Positions 39,360 to 52,235 of a DNA stretch of 64,000 nucleotides are shown piece by piece. The number at the start of each line of letters is the position of its first letter. Positions within the stretch are counted from its first letter, which is position 1. The notes beneath the pieces were generated by a model. The model saw only the letters and a program-made list of their open reading frames with translations, did not search any database and was not told the origin of the DNA. Made by a program: the position numbers and the translations under genes. Origin of the DNA: Octopus sinensis (taxonomy: Eukaryota). The stretch covers positions 77,252,001 to 77,316,000 of the forward strand of contig NC_043006.1 of the NCBI RefSeq assembly GCF_006345805.1, written 5' to 3'.

Positions 39360-39570
39360 TAGTTACAAATTTAGCCTGAAGAGCAGCATGTTTTTGTGCG
39401 AGGTGATAGCTTGATTACATCGACCCTTGTCTTTAACAGACACATACTTTATCGAACTCGAAGAATAAAAAATGAAGTGGACCTCAGTGGAATATGAATT
39501 CAGAACGTACACACCAGCGAGATAATGCTAAACAATTTTATCGGTGTGCTAAATGTTCTGCCAGCACGTT
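39360..39570 (-). mobile_element. Degenerate SINE family A
   Basis: TTGATTACATCGACCC...TTTATCGAACTCGAAG...GACCTCAGTGGAAT.TGAA.TCAGAACGTA. Confidence 0.55.
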
Positions 39571-39574
39571 GCCA

Positions 39575-40010
39575 TCAACAACAATAATAATAATACTAAT
39601 AATGAGGATAATCATAGTCATAATGACAACAATAGCCATCGTCATCATCCTGATCATGATCGTCAGCAGTCTCCTCCTCCTTCTTCTCCTCACCACCACC
39701 ATCATCGTCGTCGTCGTCATCATCATCTATCTGGTCATCATCATCAAAACCACAAGCACCAGTAACGTCACCATCATTATCTTCATCATCGTGAACATCA
39801 TCATCACCATTATCATTATCGTCATCGTCTTCATCATGGCAATATCCTTACATCACTACAATAACCTGCATCATTTCTATAGCCACCATACCGGTAACAT
39901 CATTGTCATAGTCGTCGTCGTCTTCATCTTCATTAACTCCATCATGCTCTTCCTTATCCTCCTCCTCGTCATTATCAATTTCGTTATCATCCTCACCATA
40001 GCAGCAACGT
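39575..40010. repeat. Degenerate (CAT/CGT/CCT)n trinucleotide tract
   Basis: Read directly; explains the 215-aa Ile-rich ORF. Confidence 0.85.
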
Positions 40011-40214
40011 TAGCAACACTAAAACCATTGCAATCTTTCCGATTCTTTTCCAGATATATATGTATCCTATTTACTTACGTACTTATATTGCACAGCAATA
40101 CGATACTATTGCCCACACTAATATCGTATTGCTTAATGTAAATGTTAATTAGTGTTCTAATTTGAAAGACTATCAATAGTAAAATCTTAATGTGTAATAT
40201 TTTTCCATCTTCAG

Positions 40215-40245
<31 letters not shown>

Positions 40246-40380
40246 TCTTTACCTATCTGTATATCTATCTATCTAGCTAGCTAGCTATCTTTTATATTCT
40301 TGTATTGGATATATAATATAACGACGCAGGTGGAAGGAAGTATATACATGAGGCGCTACTATTACCATTACACAAAAGTC

Positions 40381-40389
40381 ATTTTTCGA

Positions 40390-40431
<42 letters not shown>

Positions 40432-40553
40432 CATTATTATTGCTATTATTATTCAGGCCACTGCCTGGAATCGAACTCGGAATATTGGTGTTAGTAGCCC
40501 GCGCTCTTAACCACGACGCTATATGCCCGTGGAGATATGGCGTAGTGGTTGAG
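40381..40553 (-). mobile_element. tRNA-like head followed by (AAT)n, with an inverted copy of its 5' end
   Basis: Minus strand reads GGGCATATAGCGTCGTGGTTAAGAGCGCGGGCTACTAACACCAATATTCCGAGTTCGATTCCAGGCAGTGGCC (A and B boxes). 40509-40524 pairs with 40535-40550. The acceptor stem is poor, so this is not a functional tRNA. Confidence 0.6.
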
Positions 40554-40633
40554 GATTTATTGGGCGTTTGGGTTAACGAATAAAAAAAAAAGAAAAGAAA
40601 AAATGGAATTCATTATTCTGAAATTTCGCTTGA

Positions 40634-41076
40634 TCTTCTATTTGAAGATAAAGGAGGTGAGAAGTGTTATGGAGATCATCTATTCTGCGCGCACCAAAAT
40701 CAAATTTTGAAACTTTTAACTGAAAAAGATTCTCCAATCTTTTTTCAGTGCTTTGTTGAACAAATATGGTCAAAATCGCAATTGAGTGGAGAGGGGGTTT
40801 GAAAATAAAATTTACAATAATAAAAAAAGAAATTGCTTCAGAAACATTGGTTTTAAGAGCGTAATGCAAGTAATAAGATGAACAAGGGACGGCCCAAAAG
40901 TTGGGAAGGGGACATTAAAAGTTTCCACCATCATTTGCAAGAGTGCGGTTAAAAACAACATTTGAAAAATTCTCGCTAAACGGAGAAAACTCATCTTATG
41001 TGGGTGTGCTATACCGAAAGTCGACCAAAGTATTCTATAGTGACATTTGCCCGGCAACGACGGGATATTCAACTAG
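40634..41076 (+). mobile_element. Non-autonomous Helitron-like element
   Basis: The 3' end has a CCCGGC-AAC-GACGGG hairpin followed by ATATTCAA-CTAG|T (CTAG at 41073-41076). A candidate A|TCTTCTAT 5' end at 40633/40634 is tentative. Confidence 0.55.
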
Positions 41077-41165
41077 TGTGTTTGTGTGCTTGTGCATGTG
41101 TGTGTATGTTTGTGTATTCATGTCTGTGTGTGCATGTCTATGTGTATATACATACAGTATATATG

Positions 41166-41467
41166 TTCTTCACTCCTACTCCAGAGCGTCGGCTGCGGGA
41201 TCACTCCGAAAAGCTCTAACTGCGACGATTTCACCTCAATCGAAGGAGAGGGGCTTTCTCCGTCCGGGTTGCGGATCCGTGGAATAAGCTGCCGGACGAG
41301 ATAGTGAATATGCCGACGACCGCTCGGTTCAAAGACACTCTTGACCAGAAATGGCCTGAACACTTTGCATGAACACCCTCCTTGTACATAACCCCATGTC
41401 CCCCTACATGGCCTTGGTTTTGCTTTTTGAGCCAAAAAGTTAACTTAACATAACTAACTTAACTTAT
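41166..41467 (+). mobile_element. CR1-clade LINE 3' end
   Basis: FFTPTPERRLRDHSEKL*LRRFHLNRRR..FSVRVADPWNKLPDEIVNMPTTARFKDTLDQKWPEHFA* matches the RGH..KL / FS.RV...WN.LP / FK..LD pattern. A short 3' UTR and a (TAACT)n tail follow. Confidence 0.85.
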
Positions 41468-41550
41468 ATGTTTAGATTTGCATCGATAGATAGATTGACA
41501 AACACAGACAGATGGACAGACGGGCAGATAAATTTACGGACAAGTAATTT

Positions 41551-41553
<3 letters not shown>

Positions 41554-41636
<83 letters not shown>
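41554..41636. repeat. (GATA)n microsatellite
   Basis: Read directly from the sequence. Confidence 0.95.
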
Positions 41637-42227
41637 GAAATAGCGCGAGAAAGACAAACAGATAGACAGAGAGATACAGTGTCTAATCTGAGATACAAGG
41701 ATATAAGGAATGCTCAATTCACATTATGTCAGTAGGGTTTGTTGTCTGATATATGTTAATCAGGATTACATATTATCCAAACTACAGTTTCGTTCAGTCA
41801 GCATTTTTGGCTGATTGTAGGCAATAGAGGATTGAGAACAAATCATTTCTTTCAGATTCGCTGATGCATACAGTAAACTAAAAATCGGATTTAACGAAGC
41901 CGTAGTTCAGCTTATTCTTAATCCTAGTTGCTGCTTGGCACAAACACTCACATTTACAAAAACACACGAAGAAACAGTAGATTGCTCGCTTATATACGCA
42001 TTCATACGAAGAAGTGTGTTCGTGTGTGTCTACGCACGTTGTGTACGTTTACACACTTAAATCATGTACGGTCTGTTTCAGTAATATATATCCATTCTCG
42101 TTATGAAAATATAATCCATGTATATCTCAGTAAAAAGTTTTAAAATTTAGAAAATTTCAGAAGGGCATTTTTTCTTTAGATTCAAAAACGGACGATTAAA
42201 CCACTATTCCACTCTAGATGGTAATAG

Positions 42228-42263
<36 letters not shown>

Positions 42264-42434
42264 TGTTGTGTCTGGGGAGAGTCGTTTTCTTTTAGTGCCT
42301 TATAATTTAACACACTCACCGGCAAAATTTCCATTTGTTTCCGATTTTGCAAACCAAATCCAAAAACGAAATATATATATATGATAATAATAATCATAAT
42401 ATTCATTATAATAATTAATAATAATAATAATAAT

Positions 42435-42472
42435 AATCTGATCAATAAGTCCGAATACTTATTGATCAGATT
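42435..42472. repeat. Perfect 16-bp hairpin
   Basis: AATCTGATCAATAAGT-CCGAAT-ACTTATTGATCAGATT. Confidence 0.9.
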
Positions 42473-42616
42473 TACTATGTTAAATGCCCAAATGTTCAGA
42501 ACGCATACATGGAAAATCTCGTAGTGCGTAGTATGTATATCCTGTGGCTGTAGATTGTCTTGAAATATCTACAGGCACCTAGTCAATTCCAAAATTAACC
42601 ACAGCTACACGCAGAA

Positions 42617-43015
42617 TATGGCTATGTGGTAAGTCGCTTGGTTAGCAACCACATGGTTCCGGGTTCAGTCCCACTTCCTGGCACCTTCGGCAAGTGTCTT
42701 CTACTATAGCCTCGGGCAGACTAAAGCTTTGCGAGTGGATTTCGTAGACGGAAAATGAGAGAATCCCGTCGTATATGTGTATAAATATATATGTGTGCAT
42801 ATGTTTGTGTGTCTCTGTTTGCTCCCCCAACATCGCTTGACAACCGATGCTGGTGTGTTTAGGTCCCCGTAACATAGCAGTTCAACAAAAGATACCGATA
42901 GAATAAGTTCTAAGTTTACAAAGAATAAGTCCTGGGGTGGATTTGCTCGATGAGAGGCGGTGCTCCAGCATGGTCGTTGTCAAATGACTGAAACAAGTAA
43001 AAGAATAAAAGAATA
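42617..43015 (+). mobile_element. CORE-type tRNA SINE, family B, near full length
   Basis: TGGCTATGTGGTAAG...GGGTTCAGTCCC...GGCACCTTCGGCAAGTGTC (CORE-like)...GAAACAAGTAAAAGAATAAAAGAATA tail. Confidence 0.88.
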
Positions 43016-43704
43016 TATGTATATAACACCATTATCTCCGCTCTTTCTCGGGCTGTCTTTCTTTCTGTCCTTCTTTCTTTCTCTCTTTCTCTCTCTCTCC
43101 CACTCTCCGACTCTCTCACTCTCTCTTTCTCTCTCTCTCTCTCTCTTTCACGCACTCTCGGTGTGCAGAAATGGTATTTTCGAATTCTATACTAATTTTA
43201 CTGACTACTTATACCAAAAGAAACATATACAAGATGATAGGCGTAAAAAAAAAAAAATGAATCATACTACAGAGACACAAGATAATTGATAGAGTCATGC
43301 GCAGAGATACACTTTAATCTTTATAGACATCTTTTTTAATAAGTGCGCAGGCGTTGTAACCCAACGAAGATGTACATGAACAATATTTGTTATCGCCTGC
43401 AGCAAAATATTGTCTGTGGAAACTAACAGCGTCGAGGTCATCCCCCAAACAGCTAACAGTCAAATACTAAAGATGTCTACACCGCACAATGTAAATTCGA
43501 GGATGTGTTGACCATCTTTTATGTGAAAGATTCAGCAGCAATAAATTATATAGACCACTTTCTTTCTCATATACATACATGCACGAATGTATACATACAT
43601 ACATATATATCCCTATATGTCTCACATCTATTTTTCTTTCCTCCACCTCCCGCTCTAGTTTGTATCCCATCTAAATTAACTATTACTTAATCATCCTCTC
43701 ACAC

Positions 43705-43759
43705 AGTCTTCGATGAAGGGATATAATTAATAAATACCCTGTAAACAGCTGTAAGAACT
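43705..43759 (+). ncRNA. Decayed minimal hammerhead-like motif
   Basis: AGTCT-TCGATGA-AGGGATAT...ATACCCT-GTAA-ACAGCTGT-A-AGAACT: stem II and a palindromic ACAGCTGT stem III are present, but both core strands are mutated. Confidence 0.45.
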
Positions 43760-44019
43760 TCTATCTATAAATGTTCTAATATCTGCACAACTTTTGTTTT
43801 TTATCTCATTACGCAAAAAAAATTCTTATACAAATACATTATATACATATATACTTGCATGCAAACACACATACGCGCGTGCGCTGGTGCTCACACACAC
43901 AGACACACACATGATATACATGTATTTATGTATTATTTTTGTTCAAATTGATTCCATGGAAAGAGTAAGGATTCTACCCTAGTACCTATATCTTTTGAAA
44001 TGCAGTAAGTATCGGTCAT

Positions 44020-44320
44020 TTGCCGGACCTCTAGCTTTCGTGAAGTAAAACACACAAACACCGGTTATGAAGCGGTGGGTGTGGGGCAAGCAAAGACACA
44101 AATACACACACCTACACACATGAGTTTAATATATAATGTCCAGTTAAATACATATATAAAACCAATAATTCAGCTTCCGTCAACAAAATCCACTAAGGCG
44201 TTGGTCGGTCCGGCACTATAGCCGCAGTAATTTTCCCTGGGTTCCACGGAATTGAAACTAAACCCTGAGCCACACTTTCAGAAAAAAAACACTATCTTAC
44301 CACGCCACCACGCCTATACC
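44020..44320 (-). mobile_element. Degenerate SINE family B
   Basis: TTCAGCTTCCGTCAACAAAATCCACT.AGGC.TTGGTCGG.CC. Confidence 0.55.
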
Positions 44321-44369
44321 AATAGCTACCACGAGAAAAAAATAACGCATGTTATTGGCTATATAATAT

Positions 44370-44795
44370 TGACTTCAAATTTTAGCACAAACCACCAATT
44401 ATGGGGAGGAATATAACTCCATCACATCGAACGAGGCACTCAATACGTACTTATTTTATCAACCACGATGAGAGGAAAGGTAAAACTGACTCTGGTGGAA
44501 TTTGGAATCAGAATGTACTGTCGAGGAAAATGCCGCTATACATTTTGTCCAGCGCGGTAATAATTCTGACAGCACGCAGCATTATTAACGATAGAGTATT
44601 GATTTCAAACTGTGACACAAAGCCAGCAATTTCGGGGAAGAGCGTAAGTCGATTAGATCATGCCCAGTATTCCACTGGTGCTATTTTCATTTACACGGAA
44701 TGGATAAAAAGTAAAGTTGACCTCGCCTGAGTTTGAACTCCGAATATAGCAATGGGCGAAATGCCGCTTTGCAGTCCGCACGGTATGCTAACGAC
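44370..44795 (-). mobile_element. Two tandem degenerate SINE family A copies
   Basis: GTACTTATTTTATCAACC...GGAATTTGGAATCAGAA and AAAGTTGACCTCG...TTTGAACTCCGAA. Confidence 0.6.
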
Positions 44796-45724
44796 TATTA
44801 TCGATAGAATAAATTGATGCGTCAAAAACCATCTTGCAATGTCGTCGTTTAATTCTATTTACCGTTTTACATGCTTTGACAAAGTCTGGCATTTCGAATT
44901 ATCTGTAGTTCGTGTTTTTATAATTATCGACAACAAATTTTAAGATGCAAATGAATTCATAATCAAGTGTTTATATATACTAAATTTATAGTCTTTCATG
45001 TTGAACTCTGTGCGTCTGTGTATACATAAGTACAGAACTAAGATCCTAGCATATAAATGAGAGTCGGTAGAATTTCAGCTGCCTTAACAGTTGAAAATAA
45101 AAATAGAAATCTCAATCGACTACTTAATGAATGCATGCTTCAAAATTATCACATGCTGAGTTTGGAGTGAAAGTTTGGAACAATATGAGTTGTATCATTG
45201 TAATTTGACTAGATTTCTTCCTCTCTAAATAAAATTCTGTTTTGCACTCAGAAAAATAAATCAAGTTGTTTTCGCTGTTGAATACTAGTATAACATATTA
45301 GAAAAAAAGCAGAAACCGATGTAGTTTAAGAAAAAGCAAGTATTTAATAGTGTTGATACAGAGATATAGAGATCTTCGAAGAAAGTTGTAATATTAACCT
45401 ATCGAAATATGAAGAAAATACGCATATTACACTGGACGAAATAAAGCTTTGTTATCAAAATATGAACGGACAAGTAAATTCGTACGTACACAATAATGCC
45501 ATCTGTGCATATATGTACACACACACACAAATGCATACAAACATACACACACATAAGCACACACACATCTACACATAAGCACACACATATGATGACCAAA
45601 TGTCCTTCCGGAGACATAGTTCCTTAAGGCAGATTTCCAGGATATATGCTCGTCTCAGGACAGGACTCTCTCCTTAGAATCATTTCTCACCTTTGCAAGT
45701 TGAGTGAACTAGAAATAAAAGAAT

Positions 45725-45763
45725 CAAGTGTATTTGGTAGAAGGAAACCCAAAGAAGCACAAC

Positions 45764-45861
<98 letters not shown>

Positions 45862-46038
45862 TCCCCTCACTATCGCTTGAGAACCAATGTTGCTGTGTTT
45901 ACGTCCCCGTAACTTAGCGGTTCGGAACAAGTACTAGGCTTACAAAGAAGAAGTCTTGGGGTAGATTTGTTCGACTAATGGTGGTGATCCAGCATGGCTG
46001 CAGTCAAGTGACTGAAACTAGTAAAAGAATAAAAGAAT
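45725..46038 (+). mobile_element. 3' part of SINE family B with an expanded internal (TA)n(TG)n
   Basis: TTTACGTCCCCGTAACTTAGCGGTTCGG...CCAGCATGGCTGCAGTC...GACTGAAAC.AGTAAAAGAATAAAAGAATA. Confidence 0.8.
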
Positions 46039-46399
46039 ACATACATATATAAATAGACACATATACATGAGGTATGTACCTATGTGTGTATATATTCTTT
46101 CGTAAACGTACGTATTTTTCATACAAATATTAACATAAATTTAGAAATAGAATTTTAGAGTGTTGAAACCAATTGATAACAAATACTATTAAAAATAAAA
46201 TAAACTTTCAGCTCCGATTTCATACATTTCTGTTTAATTAGTTATAAATTTAACACGGTGATGCAACCAGATTAGATAAAAGAGAAATTTAATTGGAAAG
46301 TTATATGGAACGACTCCAGTTACATGGATACACCAGACTCTACTCTAAAAATATGAGAAATACTGAAACAAAAGAAGGAAGCAAAATAGACTCGCATCA

Positions 46400-46449
46400 T
46401 AATGATGATAGTGATAATGATGATGATTACCATAGTAATAATAATAATG

Positions 46450-46498
<49 letters not shown>

Positions 46499-46650
46499 TA
46501 ATAATAATAATAATAATAATGATAATAATAATTTTTGGAAATTGTTTCAAGCCAGTATAGAGTTACTCAGGCAGAAATATTAGTAAGCTGTTTACTTGAA
46601 CCGTGAAATCATAGTTACAGGTGAAATAAATCTACCAACTTCGTCTTATA

Positions 46651-46707
<57 letters not shown>

Positions 46708-46730
46708 GTTGTTGTTGTTGTTGTTGTTGT
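46400..46730. repeat. (AAT)n and (TAT)n(TGT)n microsatellites
   Basis: Read directly from the sequence. Confidence 0.9.
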
Positions 46731-46975
46731 TTAAGTAATGTTATTGTCATTGCTTTTGTTGTTGTTGTTACTACTATCGTATATAGTAAACAACTTTTGT
46801 TTCCTGTTGATATAAATAGGAGACTGTCCATGAAATGTTTTAACGATTCAGTTCGCAGCATTTCGATTTCGCTTCCAAGTTCAGTACCCGCAATTTTGTG
46901 CATGCAAATTACTGCTGTAAAAATAACCTACCAGCAGAAACTGATTCAAACTGCAAGTTGGAATGTAGCCTTCGT

Positions 46976-47012
<37 letters not shown>

Positions 47013-47532
47013 GACAAACGCAGAAGGAGACACATACATACACACGCACATACACACACATACATACATATATACATACATACATGCATGCATAATACTA
47101 AAATTGTAGGGATGTTTGTGGTTAACTGAAATATCTCAGAAATAGTGTAATTTATCTGAATTGTTTTTACATATTTATTTCTATACCTTCGGCAGTGCAT
47201 TACAAATATTTGTGACATTTGGACCTCTATGTAAACGGTTAAACACAATTTTTGTTTGTTATTTCTTGATGATAAACAGACATGTCTTCCGTGACGGCAA
47301 CACACATACATAATACACACATATAATGAATGTCATGGCGTGTCAGTCAACACAAGCACACGTTCGCTATTTGTGACAGATACACGCACATAGTCTCCGC
47401 ACTTTCTAAGGAAAAAAACCGCGACATTATGACGTACACAATATTTTATTCATTTAGACATATTTTTAACTGAATGTGATTTCATCATCCGGAGTTGTTT
47501 AAGTTCCGTAAAAAGATATTTATTTATTTATT

Positions 47533-48061
47533 TTTGTTTTAAAGTGAAAGAGAGGAGAAAATGAAAGATGTATGTAAGTGTATAATGAAGTGGACGTGTG
47601 TGCGTGAAAGAGAGAGGAATAGAGAGAGAGAGAGAATGAGAGAGAGAAAAAGACGGAGAGAGAGTGAGTGAAGGAGTGTGCTGTTATGTATACGTACATA
47701 CATCAATACATATTCATACATTTTTAGTATCTACGTGTGCGTGGGAGTGAGAGAGAGAGTGAGAGTGAGTGAGTGAACGTGTGTGTTCTCGTATATGAGT
47801 AAGTGGCACTCTTTCTCTCTTCTAACCTTTCTCTCTCTCTCTCTCACACACACGTCCATTTCATATACACTCTCTTTTACTTGTTTCAGTCATTTGACTG
47901 CGGCCATGCTGGAGCACCGCCTTTAGTCGAGCAAATCGACCCTGGGACTTATTCTTTTATAAGCCCAGTACTTATTCTATCGCTAAGTGACGGGGACGTG
48001 AACACACCAGCATCGGTTGTAAAATAATGCTAGGGGGACAAACACAGACACAAAAACACAC

Positions 48062-48099
<38 letters not shown>

Positions 48100-48307
48100 G
48101 ACAGGCTTCTTTCAGTTTCCGTCTACCAAATCCACTCACAAGGCACTGGTCGGCCCAGGGCTATAGTAGAAGACACATGCCCAAGGTGCCACGCAGTGGG
48201 AATGAACCCGGAACCATGTTGTTGGTAAGCAAGCTACTTACCACACAGCCACTCCTGCATCTACACATTCATACATCCTTCACTTTCTCCACTCAGTTTA
48301 AAACAAG
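47533..48307. mobile_element. Fold-back element whose right arm is split by a SINE B insertion
   Basis: The reverse complement of 47533-47610 matches 47840-47870 plus 48262-48307. Confidence 0.6.
47870..48262 (-). mobile_element. CORE-type tRNA SINE, family B, full length
   Basis: Complete from the tail (CTCTTTTACTTGTTTCAGTCA) to the head (TTACCACACAGCCACTCCTGC); contains the CCCAAGGTGCC CORE-like block. Confidence 0.9.
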
Positions 48308-49481
48308 AGTAACAGGTGATTTTCAGGATAAAAAGTGCTAAAAAATAAAGATTCTACTCATGTAAATTAATTACTATTGCTTGGATAGTTCCAATTAAAT
48401 AACTCGAGGCTTTAGGTTAGACATATATACCTTCATAACTACCATGAATTCCCATTCTGTAAAGTGCCAAACAATCCTGGGAATACCTTACCGGGCAACG
48501 GTGGGTAGTATGTGTAGTATATCCATAATTCATACACAGAGAGAAGACCCCCATGTGGAATCCTTACATGCTAGAGAGGGCAGTCACAACCCAATCCACG
48601 AAACAAACACATGCTTACTTATTGCATCATTGCTAACTACCGTTATAAATTATTAGTTAATATTTACACGGTATTTAAAGATATATATATATATATATAT
48701 ATACATATATTGATAGATAGATAGACAGATACATACATATATGTGTGCCTATAGAGATAAACCTAACGCGTCATTTATATATATATATATATATTCCTGT
48801 ATATGCATATATAGGTGTGTGTGTGTGCGCGCGTGTCTGTATGTGTACGTTTACATGTGTACGTGTGTGTATGTCTGTATGTATGTATGTATGTAGGAAT
48901 GTAAGTATACGACGAGTTTCTTCGTGTTTCTGTCTACGTAATGCACTCACTCACACGGATTTGGGCGACCTGAGACTATATTTCAAGATACTTGCCCAAG
49001 TTCATACTCAGTATGACTGAACCCAGGTCAATGTAACTGCCACGTGAATTTCTTATTACACAACCACGCATGCTCCTTAGTATGGGTAGATAATTCAAGT
49101 ACCTGTAATTTAGTCGGGTTTATACAATTGATACTATTTCTAGTTCACTGCATATATGTGTCTTCGTAGAGAAGTCAATATTGATTTATTAAAATTACAC
49201 AGTTTCTAAAGAAATGAAATGATTCGTACATTATATTTTTTTAATGCTTATATTAAGAATATTATGGGTGAAAGTAACAATGAAATTAATTCAACTTCAA
49301 ATATAAATCTATACACTAGAAAATTACATACTAAAAGTATGGCTTTCTTTTTTTCCATATAACATCTATTGGTTCTACGCACTTATAATTTCTTTTAGCT
49401 TATATGTAGACATATGTATATATACATATATATATATGTGTGTGTCTGTGTGCGTGTATATATATATATATAATATATATA

Positions 49482-49514
<33 letters not shown>

Positions 49515-50981
49515 CGACAGGCTTCTTTCAGTTTCCGTCTACCAAATCCACTCACAAGGCACTGGTCGGCCCAGGCTATAGTAGAAGACACATGCCCAAG
49601 GTGCCACGCAGTGGGAATGAACCCGGAACCATGTTGTTGGTAAGCAAGCTACTTACCACACAGCCACTCCTGCATCTACACATTCATACATCCTTCACTT
49701 TCTCCACTCAGTTTAAAACAAGAGTAACAGGTGATTTTCAGGATAAAAAGTGCTAAAAAATAAAGATTCTACTCATGTAAATTAATTACTATTGCTTGGA
49801 TAGTTCCAATTAAATAACTCGAGGCTTTAGGTTAGACATATATACCTTCATAACTACCATGAATTCCCATTCTGTAAAGTGCCAAACAATCCTGGGAATA
49901 CCTTACCGGGCAACGGTGGGTAGTATGTGTAGTATATCCATAATTCATACACAGAGAGAAGACCCCCATGTGGAATCCTTACATGCTAGAGAGGGCAGTC
50001 ACAACCCAATCCACGAAACAAACACATGCTTACTTATTGCATCATTGCTAACTACCGTTATAAATTATTAGTTTAATATTTACACGGTATTTAAAGATAT
50101 ATATATATATATATATACATATATTGATAGATAGATAGACAGATACATACATATATGTGTGCCTATAGAGATAAACCTAACGCGTCATTTATATATATAT
50201 ATATATATTCCTGTATATGCATATATAGGTGTGTGTGTGCGCGCGTGTCTGTATGTGTACGTTTACATGTGTACGTGTGTGTATGTCTGTATGTATGTAT
50301 GTATGTAGGAATGTAAGTATACGACGAGTTTCTTCGTGTTTCTGTCTACGTAATGCACTCACTCACACGGATTTGGGCGACCTGAGACTATATTTCAAGA
50401 TACTTGCCCAAGTTCATACTCAGTATGACTGAACCCAGGTCAATGTAACTGCCACGTGAATTTCTTATTACACAACCACGCATGCTCCTTAGTATGGGTA
50501 GATAATTCAAGTACCTGTAATTTAGTCGGGTTTATACAATTGATACTATTTCTAGTTCACTGCATATATGTGTCTTCGTAGAGAAGTCAATATTGATTTA
50601 TTAAAATTACACAGTTTCTAAAGAAATGAAATGATTCGTACATTATATTTTTTTAATGCTTATATTAAGAATATTATGGGTGAAAGTAACAATGAAATTA
50701 ATTCAACTTCAAATATAAATCTATACACTAGAAAATTACATACTAAAAGTATGGCTTTCTTTTTTTCCATATAACATCTATTGGTTCTACGCACTTATAA
50801 TTTCTTTTAGCTTATATGTAGACATATGTATATATACATTATATATGTATGCACAACTGGTGTAGGAATGGTTGCCAGGTTAGAAAGCTCGCTTTAAAGC
50901 AATCTAATTTTGAGTTTAGCCCCTATGTGTATGTTAGACTCTCCTGTATATACATATATATATATGTGTGTGTCTGTGTGC

Positions 50982-51010
<29 letters not shown>
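48070..51010. repeat. Near-identical ~1.4-kb tandem duplication (48070-49480 vs 49485-51010)
   Basis: Offset is 1415-1416 bp near the start; ORF translations at 48444 and 49859 are identical; breakpoints lie in (TA)n. Confidence 0.95.
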
Positions 51011-51021
<11 letters not shown>

Positions 51022-51112
51022 AATTAAAAGGAGGGTGAAAAATTGTATATTAATTTAGTGGCTAGCGTAAGGGAGTTCACTTTTAGTGGATTCCCTCTCA
51101 TATATATATATA

Positions 51113-51300
51113 TTATTTATTTCAGTCATTTGACTGTTGTCATACTGGAGCACCGCCTTTAGTCTAGCAAATCGACCCCAGGACTTATTCTTTGTAAGCC
51201 TAGTACTTATTCTATCGGCGTCATTTGCCGAACCGATAAGTTGCGGGACGTAAACACACCAGCATCGGTTGTTAAGCGATGCTAGGGACACACACACACA
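51113..51300 (-). mobile_element. 3' half of SINE family B
   Basis: TTTCAGTCATTTGACTG...GGAGCACCGCCTTTAGTC...AAACACACCAGCATCGGTTGT. Confidence 0.8.
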
Positions 51301-51324
51301 TACATATACAAACACCTGCATATA

Positions 51325-51362
<38 letters not shown>

Positions 51363-51745
51363 GTGTGTGTGTGTGTGTGTGTGTAAATATGAAAGTGAAT
51401 ATATATATATGTACACACACACACACAGACGCGCGCACATATGCACACATATATACATAAATAGATATCAATCCGGTTTACAAGTTCAAGTTTATACCTC
51501 TAAATATCGGGGCCTTGGAACATGTAACACACTACCTACATACCAATCTTGAGAAATTAGGCTTCTCAAAACCAGAAAGGAGAAAGCTAATTCGAAAACT
51601 ACAGATCCATCAGTGGAACTGAAATTATCTATAAAACTTACCAGAAGTTTATCATCTAAATACATATGAGCATGTCTAGACATGCAAGTTTATGCATGAG
51701 TATGCATACATAAAGCATACAAATCTGCTCATACATACTTAAGTA

Positions 51746-51802
<57 letters not shown>

Positions 51803-51804
51803 TA

Positions 51805-52138
51805 GCAATTAAGGACAACTACTTAATAAGGAAAACTTAACAAGAAATTGTCAGGTAGATAGCGTAAAAACCTCATAAGAGAAAAAATTTCGAAAATAAT
51901 TATTTCTTATTGAACATATTAATTTATATATAGAGGGCATTATACATACATGCCAGAAGGCTGATGAGTACGTAAGTATGAAATCACTGTGATACAGGTC
52001 TATATTTTTTTAAATGTCTTACTTTGAAAAATTGCATTCGGTGGGATTAGTAATATTTTTGGTAGAAATGACTAATTGTCCCTCTTAGCGTTTGGCATGT
52101 ATGTATAATGCCTTCTGGCATGTATGTATAATGCCCTC

Positions 52139-52149
<11 letters not shown>
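51805..52149 (+). mobile_element. Short Penelope-type repeat with a hammerhead core and an inversion junction, between (TA)n tracts
   Basis: Perfect 40-bp inverted repeat 51922-51961 vs 52110-52149; 20-bp tandem TGGCATGTATGTATAATGCC at 52093 and 52116; hammerhead core at 51961-51994. Confidence 0.7.
51961..52000 (+). ncRNA. Hammerhead ribozyme core lacking the 5' strand of stem I
   Basis: CTGATGA-GTAC-GTAA-GTAT-GAA-ATCAC-T-GTGAT-A-CAGGTC: CUGAUGA and GAAA are intact, stem II has a GNRA loop and stem III is self-complementary. Confidence 0.7.
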
Positions 52150-52178
<29 letters not shown>

Positions 52179-52235
52179 CATGCATACTTACATACAAACA
52201 TGCATACATGTATACATGCACAAATACATACAAAC

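Noticed and set aside
39494-40141. 215-aa hydrophobic ORF resembling a membrane protein
   Set aside because: It starts in a SINE and runs through degenerate (ATC)n.
40455-40530. tRNA gene
   Set aside because: Acceptor and T stems pair poorly and there is no poly-T terminator; it is followed by (AAT)n, so it is a SINE-like head.
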